64,000 nucleotides of DNA from positions 2,976,001 through 3,040,000 of the forward strand of contig OX597817.1 in assembly GCA_951406725.2 (NCBI GenBank). Reading direction: 5' to 3'. Source of the stretch: Octopus vulgaris. Taxonomy: Eukaryota. Below the pieces are notes generated by a model. The model searched no databases, was not told the origin of the DNA, and saw nothing but the letters and a program-made list of their open reading frames with translations. Below are positions 12,356 to 26,411 of the stretch, piece by piece; positions within the stretch are counted from its first letter, which is position 1; the number at the start of each line of letters is the position of its first letter. Position numbers and translations under genes: made by a program.

Positions 12356-13559
12356 GTGTACACGCTCACTTTTCAAGTATTTCGTAACCGCTTATCTTGT
12401 TAACAACATTCTCAATGGAATTAACATTTCTAGTCGAGTGGTAGGTGATTAGGTAAACGGGTATATTACTTGCGAGGCTGGATGGAGAGTGGCTGGGAAT
12501 GAAAGCGGGGTTTCTACTGCATTACTAAGTGCTCATCAGATGATTGAAGGTTTTTAGCTGTCGGCCACTAACCGCGATAAATATTGAGTGAACTGTGTCT
12601 GTCTGTATGCACAGCTGTGTGTGTGCGCGTGTGTGTTTTCGCGCGCGCACATATTCTATTTCTGGCTCTTTTGATGTCTTTGAAAATAGTTGTCGAGTAT
12701 TAACGTTAAGTTTCTCACATGGCACGTGGTCTCTTTCTGTCTGTCTGTCTGTTTCTCTCTCATTTTCTTTGGTACTTGATTAACTTCTTTCCGTCTTCCT
12801 TTCCTATTCATTATACCTTGTTTTTCTTTTTAAGGTTTCTTCCTTCCTTCCTCCCTCCCTCTTTCTCTCTGCTCCTTCATACATTTTAACTATAATTCCG
12901 TGTGCTACCAAAAACAAACAGAACAGTGCCCTTCAACAAAAATAAAAGAAAAACAATCTTTATAAAATATTATGGGCATTTTTTTTTTTCGAAAGAGCTT
13001 ACGTATTTGTTTCAATTTGTAAGGATTTAGAGAATTACCCGATCCCCGATTCTTCAGCGTAACTTAATTACTTGACGATTTACTAGCACGATATACTAAC
13101 ATTAATTTCTAAATGAAATTGAAACACTTGGTTTTGATGTAAAGTAATTGTGATACCATATGTTTAGCCCCAAGACTACACAGAACAAGCACTTCTATGA
13201 TTCTCCAAACATAAGTCATGGCCATCTGCCCCACCTCCCACCCCAGAAATGTGTAACTAGATTTACAGTGCTTTTGTTGTTGTTTTAACATTAGGTTACA
13301 ATTTAAGGGCCATTTAACTATTTCTTGCAATTCGATTGACCGTGTTGACGCTAACCGGTTGAATCCTCGCATATTTGATATTAATATACCATCCTCTATG
13401 CTATCTCTGTTCAGTACATACCGGGCTTTATCAATTATCCTTGTGCCCTTTTTTTAAATACATTAATATCGCATATCCAATTTTGCCTCTTTAAATTGAG
13501 ACATTGTATCTAATAGTAATTTATCAGTACCTTTATTATAACCGATCGATAAACAACGG

Positions 13560-13720
13560 AATCCATACTGCCGAACAAAATGCTTGGTCGTATTTAGCTA
13601 CGTTTCTTTAAAGTTTTAGTCCAAATTCAGTCGAGATAGCTTTTTAACTTTCCTACTTCCGGGGTCAATAAAACAAGAATTAGTCAAGTACTGAGGTGAT
13701 GTAATTGACTGTATCTCTCT
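13560..13720 (+). mobile_element. Degenerate family A SINE
   Basis: AAATGCTT, CTTCCGGGGTCAATAAAA and AGTCAAGTACTGAGGTGATGTAAT motifs. Confidence 0.55.
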
Positions 13721-16700
13721 GCGTATTATATCAATTGTACTTAATGTTATAAATAACAGATAATTGTTAGATTATTTACAATTACATTCGAGATTGTTTA
13801 TATCAACTGATTTTTTGCAAACTATAATGATGACATATCTTTTCGTTATTAAGGATCTGCGAACGGAGATCCTTAATAATGAAAGGAAGGAATGCAATAG
13901 AGGAAATGTTTCCTGTAACTCTGGTTTCTGGGTCTCATTTACGATGTCTCTTGATCTCTCGAGCAGCTTTTAAAAACTCTGGCACGGTCAGATACTTTTC
14001 GATTTTTCCTTGTAATTGTTTACTTTGATCTTTCCAATTATGCTTTCTTTCCTCATATTGATTACACTAAGCGTATCGTGTCTTAAAAATCAGTGATAGT
14101 ACTGACAAATAAAATTCGGAGAATGTTCTCAGTTCAAATCCTACAGGAGTAGTCAAGCAAAGACTTTTGATATATTGGGAATCAATATACATTATAATCA
14201 TTCCAATTTTTCTTGGGTTAGTGGGAATAAGTGCAGCGCCCATTATTATTTTTTTCGGGACCTCAGTCTTGTGTAGGGGGAAAGTGGGGAAGAAACCAAA
14301 ACTCAAACATTTCTGACATAGGAAACAACGCATCGAGCTATTAATTTCTCTTTTTGAAAACTAGTCTGAATGTTTTCCACTGTATGAACTCCAATAAAGG
14401 AACCCAATGGTCATGTGCTGGTGTTATACCAACAATCAGGGCCTTTTAAAAAAGGAACTGCCACGTATAAAAAAAGAGGACATTATTTTTTTTAAATTGC
14501 TCTTTTCAAATTTAATACGAAATAACTCCTTTAAGAATATATATTTAAAATCTAGTTTTTAATAACTTATTTCTTGAAACTTTATTAACATAAATTAACT
14601 CTAAAGCCACAAATATGTTTGTGTTGACATTAATAATGCCTTATCAAGATCTGTTGTGAATCATGCTGCATGGCTTCCTATGATCAAGAAACTTAATGTC
14701 AACGACCTTAACTTACCCCCATTTTGGTGGGATAATTCAAATTCTAACCATCGACAGTGAAATAAAATTCACATATATTTCCTTGGTTTGAAAGAAAAGG
14801 GCCAACATAGGATTGGCTTTCTACCAAGTTAGTTGACTATGGACCTAGCAGCCCGTTCTCGTAAAATGCACATGAGGTTCAGGAATAATTAAAAGGATAT
14901 GTGAAAGATTGTTTGACTCAATGCTAATATGCAAAAGAACAGGATCAAATGATTTAGACAACTGACATAGTTGTAAACCATTTCACCCAATGGGCATATA
15001 ATACCAGAATGTAAGATTTCAAAGACTGAGACAGATCAAGATGATAATGGATGATGAAAATAAGATAAGATAAAAACGATGAAGGATAGATGATGTTTCT
15101 CCTCCACAGGCATTTAAAGTTTTAAGAAGTAAATAAAGTAAAGCATTTTCTTCCTTCAACGCATCGAATTTATGAAAATAAAATAAAGAACGGAAGAATA
15201 AAAATGAAAATTGTTTTAACGGTCGATGCTTCATTGAAGTCTGCCTTTCGTAGAATAAATTAGTTGACTGGATATTCCAAAGAATTATGGCCCTATTAGA
15301 TACTATTTAATATTGCAAAAGGACCATTGGGATTTGAACAGAAATATTGTCTACTTAACAATTTTTATGAGTTATCCCAATGAAAGAGAGAAAAGTTCTT
15401 GTGATTCCGTAGTTACCCCACTTCTTTTATGGCCCCATTAAGATTGGCCTGGTTAATGTTCTTTTCGAAATACGGAATGTTTTTGACATATTTCTAGCTT
15501 CGAGCAAATCACCAATGGAGACAGTTTTCTCTCTTACTGGTTTATAATTTTATATAAAATGCGCCTTTTTCAGCTCTCTGGCCGCTGTCATATAACGTCA
15601 CATAACTTATGGGTTAATTCATTAGCGTTCGGCGTTCTGGTGGTCGCGGTTTCGAATGGGATTTAACATCAGCTCAGATGTAACGTAAAATATCAAGTTA
15701 ATTACTACACTTTTTTTGCTGGAAATGAGCTGGCAATTGCATTCAAATATTGCTGTGTGAGTAAGAAAGAAGTTTGCTTAGCAATTACATAGTTTCGGGT
15801 TCGATCCCATTGCTTAGCACATTGGGAAAATATCATGGTGTTGGGTCAAGCAAAATTATATGACTGAAATTTGGTACATAGAAACTGTATAGAAGTTCAT
15901 CGTAAGGACCTTATCTGTTCTTTGTACCAGGATCATCTGGACCATGTAAGCATTCCGGCCACTTCTCTGTTCTGAGAATAATTCCCTCTCACTAGTCTTG
16001 AAACACTGAATAACGCCATTAATGCTATTTTCCCCTCTAAAACAGAAAAAAAATCGCTTTAAAAACAGGTCAAAAGTCATGAATAGATTCATTAAATGAA
16101 TTATGCACATGAAAATACGTGTATAGTCTTGCGGTAAAATAATTTTGTAGTGAAAATTCCGTATTAAAATTAATGTATTCCGCAAACAAAGGCCTTTACT
16201 TCTTGCTACAGTCAAATTGTTGATACAGTATATGACTACGTGTGTGTATATGACATGCGTGTGATAAATAAACAAAAGTTAATTTTCGAGTAAAGTTGCA
16301 TAATTTTTGCTATTACTAAACTTTAAAAGATTCTAAACTGTTTGAAGTGGTCGCTCCATTTCTTAGTTTACGTATAAGGGGAGAAAAACAAACTTTCAAT
16401 ATTGGGGGCTGAAAATTCAGAATTAATATGCAAAGAAGAGTTAGACCCATATAAAACTTAGAACTTTCGAAACGAACTTCGGATATCTGATTCGACTGTC
16501 AGAGTAGCAATGTTATATTCTACCAACTGCCCTATCTCTCTCCTAATATATATTACATTTGCTAGAAATTAAAGCTAAATTTTCATTTAATTCAAACTCT
16601 ACATCAGTAATAACATGAACGTTGATCTGGGTAGACTGAGTAAAAATTAAGATGAGATGCTCATAGCTGCAATGCTTTCTTTCTATCATACTATTCGATC

Positions 16701-18058
16701 AGAACTTATCTGTGACTAAACAATGTATTTTTACATAGATATTACGTCTATGATTTTGAACAGACATTGTCTACAGATTATATCATTCTTGTAATTGCCT
16801 AAAGCATCACAGACGTGAATAGTTTCAACTGAAAATGCAACGTGGCTGATATATTTTCCTATTCCTACAAAATATCAAACTATACGACGAAGCGTAGCGC
16901 ACGCACACGCGAACACATGCACACACGACTGCATTGTGAGTTATCTAAAGTCTAGAATTACCATGCAGATAAATATCTTGTAAGTTAATAATTATAGATT
17001 TTTCGATAAAGAAAGTATTTATCTTCGGGGATTTGCTATCAGTATTTAGATTTGTCATCATAATCATCGTCTTGTTTACTGCAAAACGAAAATCGTCAAA
17101 TACCAGAGTAAAAAAGTAGATATACAGAAAAATATTTCTTGTAGAGAGGAACTGGAAGTCAGATAACGTTCAAGTTACATCACTAGACTGCTTCTGTTTG
17201 CTGTAGATTCCATGTAATACCCAATTCTAAAGCGTGTCTGCTGGGAATGCGGCAATGCTTATTCGCTCCCTGCTTAAGCGACGGTCAGCCTGACCAACCT
17301 ACTCTGAGGAAATTGATAATCTCTTCTGTGTAAATAATTCTCAAATTTGGTCATCTCAAACGTAATCAAGCCTTATTAATGATGAGAACACACGCACACA
17401 TTGTATTTTTCTGAAGTTAGTGTGTGGTCATTCACACACACACTCACACACACACTCACACAGTTTTAGATTGTACATACATTCTCTTTTACCAACATAA
17501 GAATATAGTCAGACACATTATCATTCGCTTTCTACTAAATGGAGAATTTTGGTTCTCTTCCTCTTCTTTCTAGATCGAGGATGTAGTTTCACTCACTCTT
17601 TATTATTTTTTCTTGTCTCACTCAATTTAGTTTATGCTTAGCCTAAAGTTGATTTTTCATTTTCTATTCTGTTTTAAAAATTGAATCTAACATTATTCTT
17701 TATTTAGTCAAGCGCATACACACTCGCGTGCGCACTCTCTGGGCAATACAGATGCACTTGCGCATGCTCGCAAACATCGAACACAAGGCTCACACGCACA
17801 AAAACGATGCATACTCTCTCTCTCTCACAATCACATACGCTGAACACAAGAGACCGACACCTGCACGCTGGCACGTACACACGCACGCTTGCACGCACAT
17901 GCCCGGTCACAATTTGTGTGTATGTATGAAGTGTGTGTGTGTGTGTGTATAACCTTTTTTAGATGAAGTCTTCATCGGTTTCAATTTTCTTATTTAACTA
18001 AAAACTGCATTTTTCTGCTTTATAGAACCAATTTTTTTTTGGTAATATTTGTCTGGAA

Positions 18059-18734
18059 ACCGCCGAGCTCGACTTTGCCTTTCATCCTTTCGGGTCGATA
18101 AATTAAATACCTATTTCTTTACTACCCTCAAGGGGCTTAAACACAGAGAGGATAGACAAGGACAGACAGAGAAAGATGTTAAAAGAAAACAAAAAAACAA
18201 ACAAGTGAACAAAAACCTACGAGTTATTCTAAAATGCATTCAGGAGACCCGAGTTTCAAAACAAATTTTGTTTTTAAATTTAGGAAATGAATAATTATGT
18301 ACTCAATACATGCACACCTATGTATTTATTTCTTTACTGCCCACATAGAGGGGACAAACAAGGACAGACAAAGGGATTAAGTCGATTATATCGACCCCAG
18401 TGCGTAACTGGTAGTTAATTTATCGACCCCGAAAGGATGAAAGGCAAAGTCGACCTCGACTGAATTTGAACTCAGAACGTAACGGCAGACGAAATACGGC
18501 TACGCATTTCGCCCGGCGTTCTAACGTTGCTGCCAGCTCGATCTGCCATACTCGATCTAGAAAAAAGAGGAAGTGAACCAAAGTGAACCAGGCAATATTT
18601 GTCTGGAACTGTGATTAACGTCTGTTTGAGTGTTGAAACTCTTTGATAAATTAAATACCAGTGGTGTACTGGAGTCGATCTAATCAACTGGTCCCCTCCC
18701 CCAAAATTTCGAGCCTTGTGCCTAGAGTAGAAAA
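18059..18734 (+). mobile_element. 5'-truncated family A (b-tail) SINE split by a nested insertion
   Basis: 16-bp TSD TAATATTTGTCTGGAA at 18043-18058 and 18735-18750; core at 18059-18111, remainder at 18645-18734. Confidence 0.85.
18112..18644 (-). mobile_element. Composite insertion ending in the a-tail; contains a family A SINE (~18325-18545)
   Basis: 15-bp TSD GATAAATTAAATACC at 18097-18111 and 18645-18659. Confidence 0.8.
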
Positions 18735-19809
18735 TAATATTTGTCTGGAACTTTGAGTGTTGAAACTCTCTGCTTCGATGTATTCTTCTTCCGGTCGAGA
18801 AAGGAAACGGGTTGGACTTCACATAAGCAAAATCCTCATTCAAAATAACCGAAGTTGTAACCTAGATCTCGGTACCCACCGATTCAATTCCCAAATATTT
18901 GGAAACTGGTTTTAATCTTTGGTAATATCTGTCTCTTATAAAGTAAGTTTAGCCCAATTTGCAAGAGAAATCATTAGGTGTTTGTTGTTTAACACCAGGT
19001 AAACTCTGACCAAGCAGACAATTGTAACCACTACTTATTTGAAGTACACAACTAGGCCTGTTTTCCTTTTTAAAGAATATAGGGCTTCCTTAGGAGTTTC
19101 GGTTGCCATTTCTCCCATATGATGCTCATGAGGAGGCTCCATTCTTGACTCAAATCACAATTGTTAGAGTCGAATACATCTCTCAGATAAAGAAGGGAGT
19201 ATATAATCAGTTTAAAACCGGAATTAAACCTAAATTATAGTTTCAGAAATGTTGTACAATGAACTAGGAATACGGCAACATTTATTGTTGAAATAGTTTA
19301 TCAGAATTTATAAAATACTTTTTCCGAAGAAATATAGAAATGGAATTTGCTATTGAAGTTACTTGTACTTTATATGCTTCACTGCGTCCTCGTGATATCA
19401 CTCTCATTCAAGCATTTGCTCGTCTTGATCTCCCCTCTCCACGATTCTCTCTCTCTTTATCACCATATATATCACTATTAAAATCAAGCTGTTCAAAGTT
19501 GTTGTCAGGCACTTCTGTGGATGAAATCAATCATAACAAAAATCTTGCTTATTCTACAAGAGATGCTGAAAGCAATCAGTTAAACCTTTTGGTTGGGTAA
19601 TTTGGTTCATTTTCTTGCTTTTATTTATTTATTTTTCTCATAATGCACTTAACAAAACAGTTGGCTAAGCTATTTGCTTTATGGCCTCAAAGTCACTCTT
19701 TTGAGATGACTGAAATGACGTATTACGGTTAACTAATGAGAACGACGATTGAAGATTTAGCTTAAACTCAAAACTCTCCTCCCGCTCTCTCACACACACA
19801 CACAGATGA

Positions 19810-20100
19810 GGAGGCACATGGCCTAGTGGTTAGAGCAGCGGACTCGCGGTCGAGGGGTTGTGGGTTCGAATCTCAGACCGGGCGATGTGTGTGTTTATGA
19901 GCGAAACACCTAAGCTCCACACGGCTCCGGCAAAAGGTAATGGCGAACTTCTGCTGCCTCTTTTGCCACAACTTTCTCTCACTCTTTCCTCCTGCATCTT
20001 GCAGCTCACCTGCGACGGACCGGCGTCCCTATACCTGGAACGTATACGCCAAGGAAACCGGGAAACCGGCCCTATGAGCCAGGCGTGGCTCGAGAAGGAA
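19810..20100 (+). mobile_element. Family C tRNA-derived SINE inserted in (CA)n
   Basis: A box TGGCCTAGTGG, B box GGTTCGAATCT, 3' GAAACCGGGAAACCGGCCCTATGAGCC; CA repeats on both flanks. Confidence 0.85.
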
Positions 20101-23100
20101 CACACACACACACACCCACACACAGAAATCCTCAGAAAGAAATCTGAATGTCTTCGATTAACAACCAAATAAAACAGCAAAGTTTTTCCCAAACGATTGC
20201 TAACTTTTCTTGTTAAGCGTGTTAATCACAATCCTTTTGACATGGTTTCAACTAGTGAATATTTTTAGAGGTTTATTGATGTAATTGACGAGAGTATATA
20301 ATTAGGTAATTAGTGGAAATCTAGTGTTAATCGGCCTGTGATAGGAAAAAAAGCTTAGTTGATTTTTGGAAAAGATATGGTGCATGCATATATATTTTAG
20401 CAGTTATTTTTATTGAAACAAAAGACTGGGATGGGAAGAATTTTTTTGAATATATTTTTTTCTCGACATATTTCAGTTCTTAGCAAGGAGTGCATACCAA
20501 GAAGATTTTTATATCTGTTATTTCTCTGAAAACACATTTATGTAGCTGATTTTAAACTGACGTAGTACTGACCACTTCGAAGTGTCTGTTACCTAATATG
20601 ATCCATTCAAGAGATATCAGATTGCTATAATTTTAAAATAGCACCGCGGAACTTTAAGGAATTATGCCCTCCGAATGTAAACGAAAAAGCTACAACTAAA
20701 TGCCAAGAATGTCAATTTTCATAGTCTTTTCAGCCCCTTAACAAATATCTGTTGAGAGAGGTAATTGTTTGAAGCTAATACAGTTAATGTATTAATGGGA
20801 AACAGGAATACGCTGTCAGTTCCAAGCAAGGCACTAAGGTTTAAATAGTAGATAAAATGTTTAGTGAGCTTTTGCAGGGTGAAACACAAATTGACTTCTG
20901 CCGGAGATAGATCTATTTAGGAGTTCTGTTCACTCGGTATATTTAAATTTGCAGTTCCTTTGTAGTTCCATTAACGTGTGTGTGTGCGTGTGTATATATA
21001 TATGTATATATATATATATATATATATAACTTGTGTGATGTTATAAATTGTGATACGTTTATGTAAAAAGTTAAACCACTAGTCTATTCTTTGAAATTGT
21101 ATTTCAATAAAACCTGCATCCGTTTTATATTTATTTCCATTTATTTCCAATGTGTTCGTGCCCTCGTTTACAATCGAGATGTACAAAGTATACTTTCAAC
21201 TATTTTGATTTAATAATAGAATAGTATTGATTGCCAAATAGTTCGTAAAGTATTAAAATATATTTGTTTTACATGAATCGCAGAGAATTGTCTCCACTCT
21301 GTTATGTAACAACAAAAAGGAAATCTGAAAAAAAAAAAAAAATACAGTTTGAACACGTATTTTGATATCCAAACACATCAGGGTTGTAAAAATAAAAGCA
21401 TTGACATTCCTTTTTGTGAAACCATTACCACAATGTTCTCTCAGTAGGGATACTGTGCGACTTAGTAGCAAGCATGGTTGGGGGAGAAAAACTAAATAAA
21501 TCTGTTATCCATTTGTGTCGTCATTTCAAATTAAAAATGCATGAATGCAACAATGTTATGGTCACTTAATTTGACGTCCCTTGTGTAATTTGCTTCGTCA
21601 ATACATAATAAAATTACATCATGCATAAAGAACGATTCCTTTCTATAGTAATTCTTTTTTGCTGAATACAACAATTACACTACGTTTTATTGTTCATATA
21701 ACATCGCCATTGTGACAAGTGATGTATTTTATTTTATTTACTCTTTATTTTGCTCTTGTATAAGACTTATTTAATTGGCTCATTCAACTTTAACACTAAA
21801 TTGAGCCCGGTAATAACAGCATTATTATTTTAGTTTGTTACATTACCTTTTTCCTTGTTTTTTTTTTTTTCCTTCTTCCACCATCTCTCTCACTCAGTTC
21901 TGAATGAACAAAAACATCCCTTCCCCAAGGGAGTTCTGGAGAGAGGTAGGCTACAATGAATATACCGCATCTGAATTACAAATAAGGGATTTCTCAATTG
22001 TCATCTCGTTTGTTAGCTGCAGGGGAAAGTTTTCCTATGAGTCACTATCACTGATTTTCTTTTCATTGGTCCATAATAACATTGACATCACAAATTTAGG
22101 CCAATCAGTAAAAATTATCATGCTTATTCCCTACGATGTTCTTTCTTGTTACAAGAACTATTTCCTGTCTTCCATAATGGAATTTTCTCTTCCTTTTCAC
22201 TTAGATTCAATTGTTGTTACTTCCAATTTGTAATATCCACACGTTTATCTTCTGATATAGATTGCCATTCCCATTTCACCGTTCATATTTCTTGTTGCTA
22301 TAGTCACGCAATTGTAGTCTTATTGCTGGATGGAAATTGGCAGAAACGCTACATCGTCAGATTAAATGGCTTGTAATATTTAATTACGTCCCACAAAGCG
22401 CTCCCTACATAAAAGTCCATTTAAATAAATTCTAGCAATATGCTGCGATGTATCAAATCAAATGCGTTTGCAACTATAAAACTGGCCATGTCTTTAGTCA
22501 AGAAAAATCATTATTAAAATGTTATAAAGCCTCTAATCTCACTTTATTTCTATGTACTAGATCATTCTATCTTCCTTTTTGTATCCTAACCCCAGTGGAT
22601 TCAACTTTTCCTTTTAGATCCACTTGTAATAAGTAGCAGCAACTGTCCAGTACAATTAAAAGTGTGTTTGAAATCATTATTAAGACAGCAAAGGAAAATT
22701 GTTACAATTATTAAGCGACTCGATAAACCGGTCACAAATCTCGAAATAAATTGTTATCACTAATGACCTGAATTGAATTAGGAGCATAATTTGCAACATC
22801 TTCATTATGTCCCCCTTTATTAAATTCATTAGTCTTCAGCCTAGCGCAAACCTACAAAAAAAAAATAAAATAAATTTTTTGGTACAAAATAGTCTGTACA
22901 CATTTTTTCCTCATCAAGGTGGCCGATAAGTTTAAAAATAAGACTATCAATTTGTCTGCCCCCCACCTACTTTATTTTAAAATCTTCTTAGCCACTCTTC
23001 AAGGGGTCCTGCTTTTCTCAGTAGCTAAGTTAAAGTACTGTTGTTTAGCTAGCGATCGAGTAGACCTTTCCCAAAAGCTGTTGCTGTAGCTATGACCGTC

Positions 23101-23219
23101 CTGTATTTTATTCAGACACTATCCAATGTATATCCTTTATTAAAGACTTCGGGGTGCTATTTACCTTGCTTAGGATGGTTACTTGTACCTTAATATTAAT
23201 CCCCAAAGTTTGCCGCGAT

Positions 23220-23720
23220 CTAACAGACCCATGATTAAATATGCGATAACCATAGCCTATCCGAATACTTAGTTTTCAGAAATAGGGTATTTAGAATTAA
23301 CATTGTCCGATACTTCCGCTTTTTTTTAAAGATTGTAATATTTGATTTCATATATGTGACTACTATTTCTAGTAAGTCACGAGACCATCTGGGACACTTC
23401 CTCGTTCGGAATTTTATTTTAATCTATTTCGCCTCCTCCGTAGTAACTGTTTTACTCTATCCATTTAATTGAGGCTTCATTCGTTTACAAGATGTGATCA
23501 TATAAGAGAAAAGAATATCTCATTTACATCTTTTTGAAAGACTCTACATGGTCGCTCGACCTGCTAAAAATAACAACCAAATTTCCCCACGCGTCATACC
23601 ATAGCGTCTTAAAGGCCAGACATTGGATAAGGCAGTTTCATATATATTCTGCAGGGAAAGAGAAAAGCAAGTTTTGCAGCCGAAATGCATTTGATTATAT
23701 TTTTACTAAGTAACATTAAG
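23220..23720. mobile_element. Head-to-head pair of family E repeats
   Basis: ~23220-23405 antisense and ~23540-23720 sense (CTCTACATGGTCGCTCGACCTGCTA). Confidence 0.6.
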
Positions 23721-24565
23721 CTGGCTCAGCGATACTCAGCCAATTGCAGCTCAGTGTTCCTTTTCACTCAAAGGGGTTGTACAAACGCTCCCGTCGCAGA
23801 ATAATAAAAAATATATTTATCAGACATAAACTAATTTTATGCAGAGTTTATCAGCCATGTTTCGCTCACTAATAATACAGTTGCATACTCGTATTCTAAT
23901 AAATTTTTGTTAATTTGCTTAATTTGCTTAAAATCTAGTTTAAATATTTTAGCTTTAAGAAAAATCAGGAGCCCTCTAAACATTGAGTATCCCTCATAGC
24001 ACTTCTTTGAAATTTTCCGCCACTTTGTAAGGTCACACCATCCCGAAGGGGATGAGCAAAGTCCAGGTTAAGATCTATTGATATAAATCTATCGGAGCAG
24101 GACTGATTTAAAGTTATAACAGATTCACCATTTTGTTTTATCACTTGCGATCTAGCGGAAATAATTTCTAGAATGAATAGCAGCTATTCATCTATCTTAG
24201 AGAAGAGGTATGACGAAGAACATTATTATATCATCCCTGATGATGGAAAGATATAAGGTTCAATACAGCAACTTACCCCCGCTATACACACGCACGCGCG
24301 CGGGCACACATCATATCATATCTACCTGCAGTATTTACTTGCAGACAAGTTATACAACTTGTACTGGAATGCTTCAAAACCCTAACGAAGTCGAGTTTTC
24401 CTTTCCTCTTCAGGTTGTTAAAATAACCAAATATTTGAGTAAATTTGTTTTCTGTCCTCGAGATTTCTGAATTTGTACGAACGTAAGAAATAATTCCTTA
24501 TGTACACTATTTGAATCTTCGACTTTTCACGACGTTTTCATATCCTTCATTTGGACCAGCTGTAC

Positions 24566-24923
24566 TCACTTGTATATTCACCATGGGCGGGTTGAGTCGG
24601 TTTCTTCTACTTGGAAGAAGTTTCGTGGGAATATGTGTATTTGACAAGCGGTCCCCAACAATCCCGCATGTAGAGACATCCTGTTTGCCGCAGATTGTCC
24701 GCAGACGCAGGGACAGAACGACCGAGGAGCCGCCCGTTGCCGAAACAGACACTCCGAGGATTTTCACCAGAGCCCCGTCTGCCGGGTTGTGGCCCTAATA
24801 CCACTCGGTGTCAGACCAATCCACCAAGTGTGGCCCTACCAGGAACCGAAGTTCCCGACGGCATAGCTCTGACACTACCCGTTGCCAGCGTCCCCACCTC
24901 GGTGAGGAGGGGATGGACTTTGG
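24566..24923 (+). mobile_element. GC-rich insert with 13-bp flanking direct repeats; possible Tx1/L1 ORF1 zinc-knuckle remnant
   Basis: GGACCAGCTGTAC at 24553-24565 and 24924-24936; translation LSRFLLLGRSFVGICVFDKRSPT / PACRDILFAADCP across a frameshift resembles a decayed CCHC knuckle. Confidence 0.5.
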
Positions 24924-25282
24924 GGACCAGCTGTACCCCTACGGAATAAAAAACAAAAACTCAGAACGAAACCGAGCAGCATTTCTAACATTTCAAATGG
25001 AAATTAGCAAAACACTAATCAACAGAATATTAAAATCTATAAAGGAATACTAGTTGAAGTATTGAATTGTTTTTTAGTTGGTTGGCTGAGAGTATTGAAC
25101 TTGTTTAGGAATTGCAAAATATATTAAGGTTAGAACTATTGCCGAAGAATCACCAGTTCAGTTGTAAACGATAAAATGTACTCACTTGTCCTCAAAAGCC
25201 ATGTTGTAAACAATGTTGTTTATCAAATATTATTTATCTTAGTGCGCGTTTATGTTCTGATGTAAGCAACGGAATAACTAAC

Positions 25283-25525
25283 CATGGTGGTGATTGTTGT
25301 GGTCGTTGTGATGTGAAGATGATAATGACGGTGATTGTGAAGGTGGTTGAGATGGTTAAGAAGTGTTGGCGGTGGTGGTGATAATGGTAGTGGTGGTGGT
25401 TGTGGTGTGATGACTGGTTGGGAGTCGATGCTCGTGGACATGATGATGGGGGTGCCGAAAGTAGTGATGAATGCGGTGTCTGTTGCTATGGAAGACATAG
25501 CTGTCATTGGTGGAGGCGATGGGAG
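25283..25525. repeat. Degenerate (GGT/GAT)n trinucleotide tract
   Basis: GGTGGTGAT-type periodicity; produces low-complexity ORFs. Confidence 0.85.
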
Positions 25526-26202
25526 TTAGGTCGAAGATAAGCAGCTTAACCAAAGAATCAGAAAATTCTGCTAGACAGTCGGTATGAACAAAAAAGAAAA
25601 GTGTTTATCTTGAAATAAAGAAAAGTATATAAAAATCAATAACGAATCTCGTGTTTTATGTTTACCTAAGCCAAAGAAAATTATTCAATCGTTGGTCGTT
25701 AAGAACCAAAACGTCTATTTTTGTTCTGTCTTTTTGTTCGTGCAATAAATTCTACCAACAGAAACATGAAAAATATCGTTTGTTGCACTTAAGGACAGTG
25801 TGGCTTCTTTTCTTTTTCTGCAGTTCTTGCTTAGAACAATTTCTTTGATGTGCAGGCACGAATAGGGTTTTAATGGATGGAATTTTGCCTAATATAGTTA
25901 CAAAACTGAGTAAAGATGTTCAGTTAACTTCTACAAAAACACTTAAGTTTTTGATATAAAGCATGAAGCCCAGACATTTTAAATATAAGGTGAGTGAGTT
26001 TGACATGTCTTTTGCTATTTTCTTCAGTAGTATTTGCAAAAGTGAAAGGAAATGGTTTTAGACTGACTTGCTTCACCGGATAACTTAGTGATACTGTTGA
26101 ATATTGAAACGCAACTATATTCAGGAAAACCTCCGTAAAATTCACTAATGCACAAGACTGGTTACACTTTATTATGGTGGTACTCTACAGTATATTGGAT
26201 AA

Positions 26203-26411
26203 GGCGGCAAGCTGGCAGAATCCTTAGCACGCCAGGTGAAATGTCTAGCCGTATTTCGTCTGTCGCAACGTTCTGAGTTCAAATTTCGCCGAGGTCGACT
26301 TCGCCTTTCATCCTTTTGCGTCGATAAAATAAGTACCAGTTTTGTACTGTTGTCGATGTTATCGACTGCCCCTCCTCGCAAAATCTAGGCCTTGTGCCCA
26401 TAGTAGAAAAG
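26203..26411 (+). mobile_element. Full-length family A (b-tail) SINE
   Basis: GGCGGCAAGCTGGCAGAA head, core, GGCCTTGTGCCCATAGTAGAAAAG tail; near-perfect TSD ATATT(G/A)GATAAG. Confidence 0.9.

Noticed and set aside
13109-13440. Possible ancient RT C-terminal remnant
   Set aside because: Only vague resemblance, with no diagnostic motif.
14250-15480. Possible decayed DNA-transposon coding region
   Set aside because: No transposase motif or TIR pair could be read.
19810-19885. Possible tRNA gene (also heads at 30932, 47737, 62886)
   Set aside because: A/B boxes continue into SINE bodies with no clean cloverleaf or terminator; these are SINE heads.
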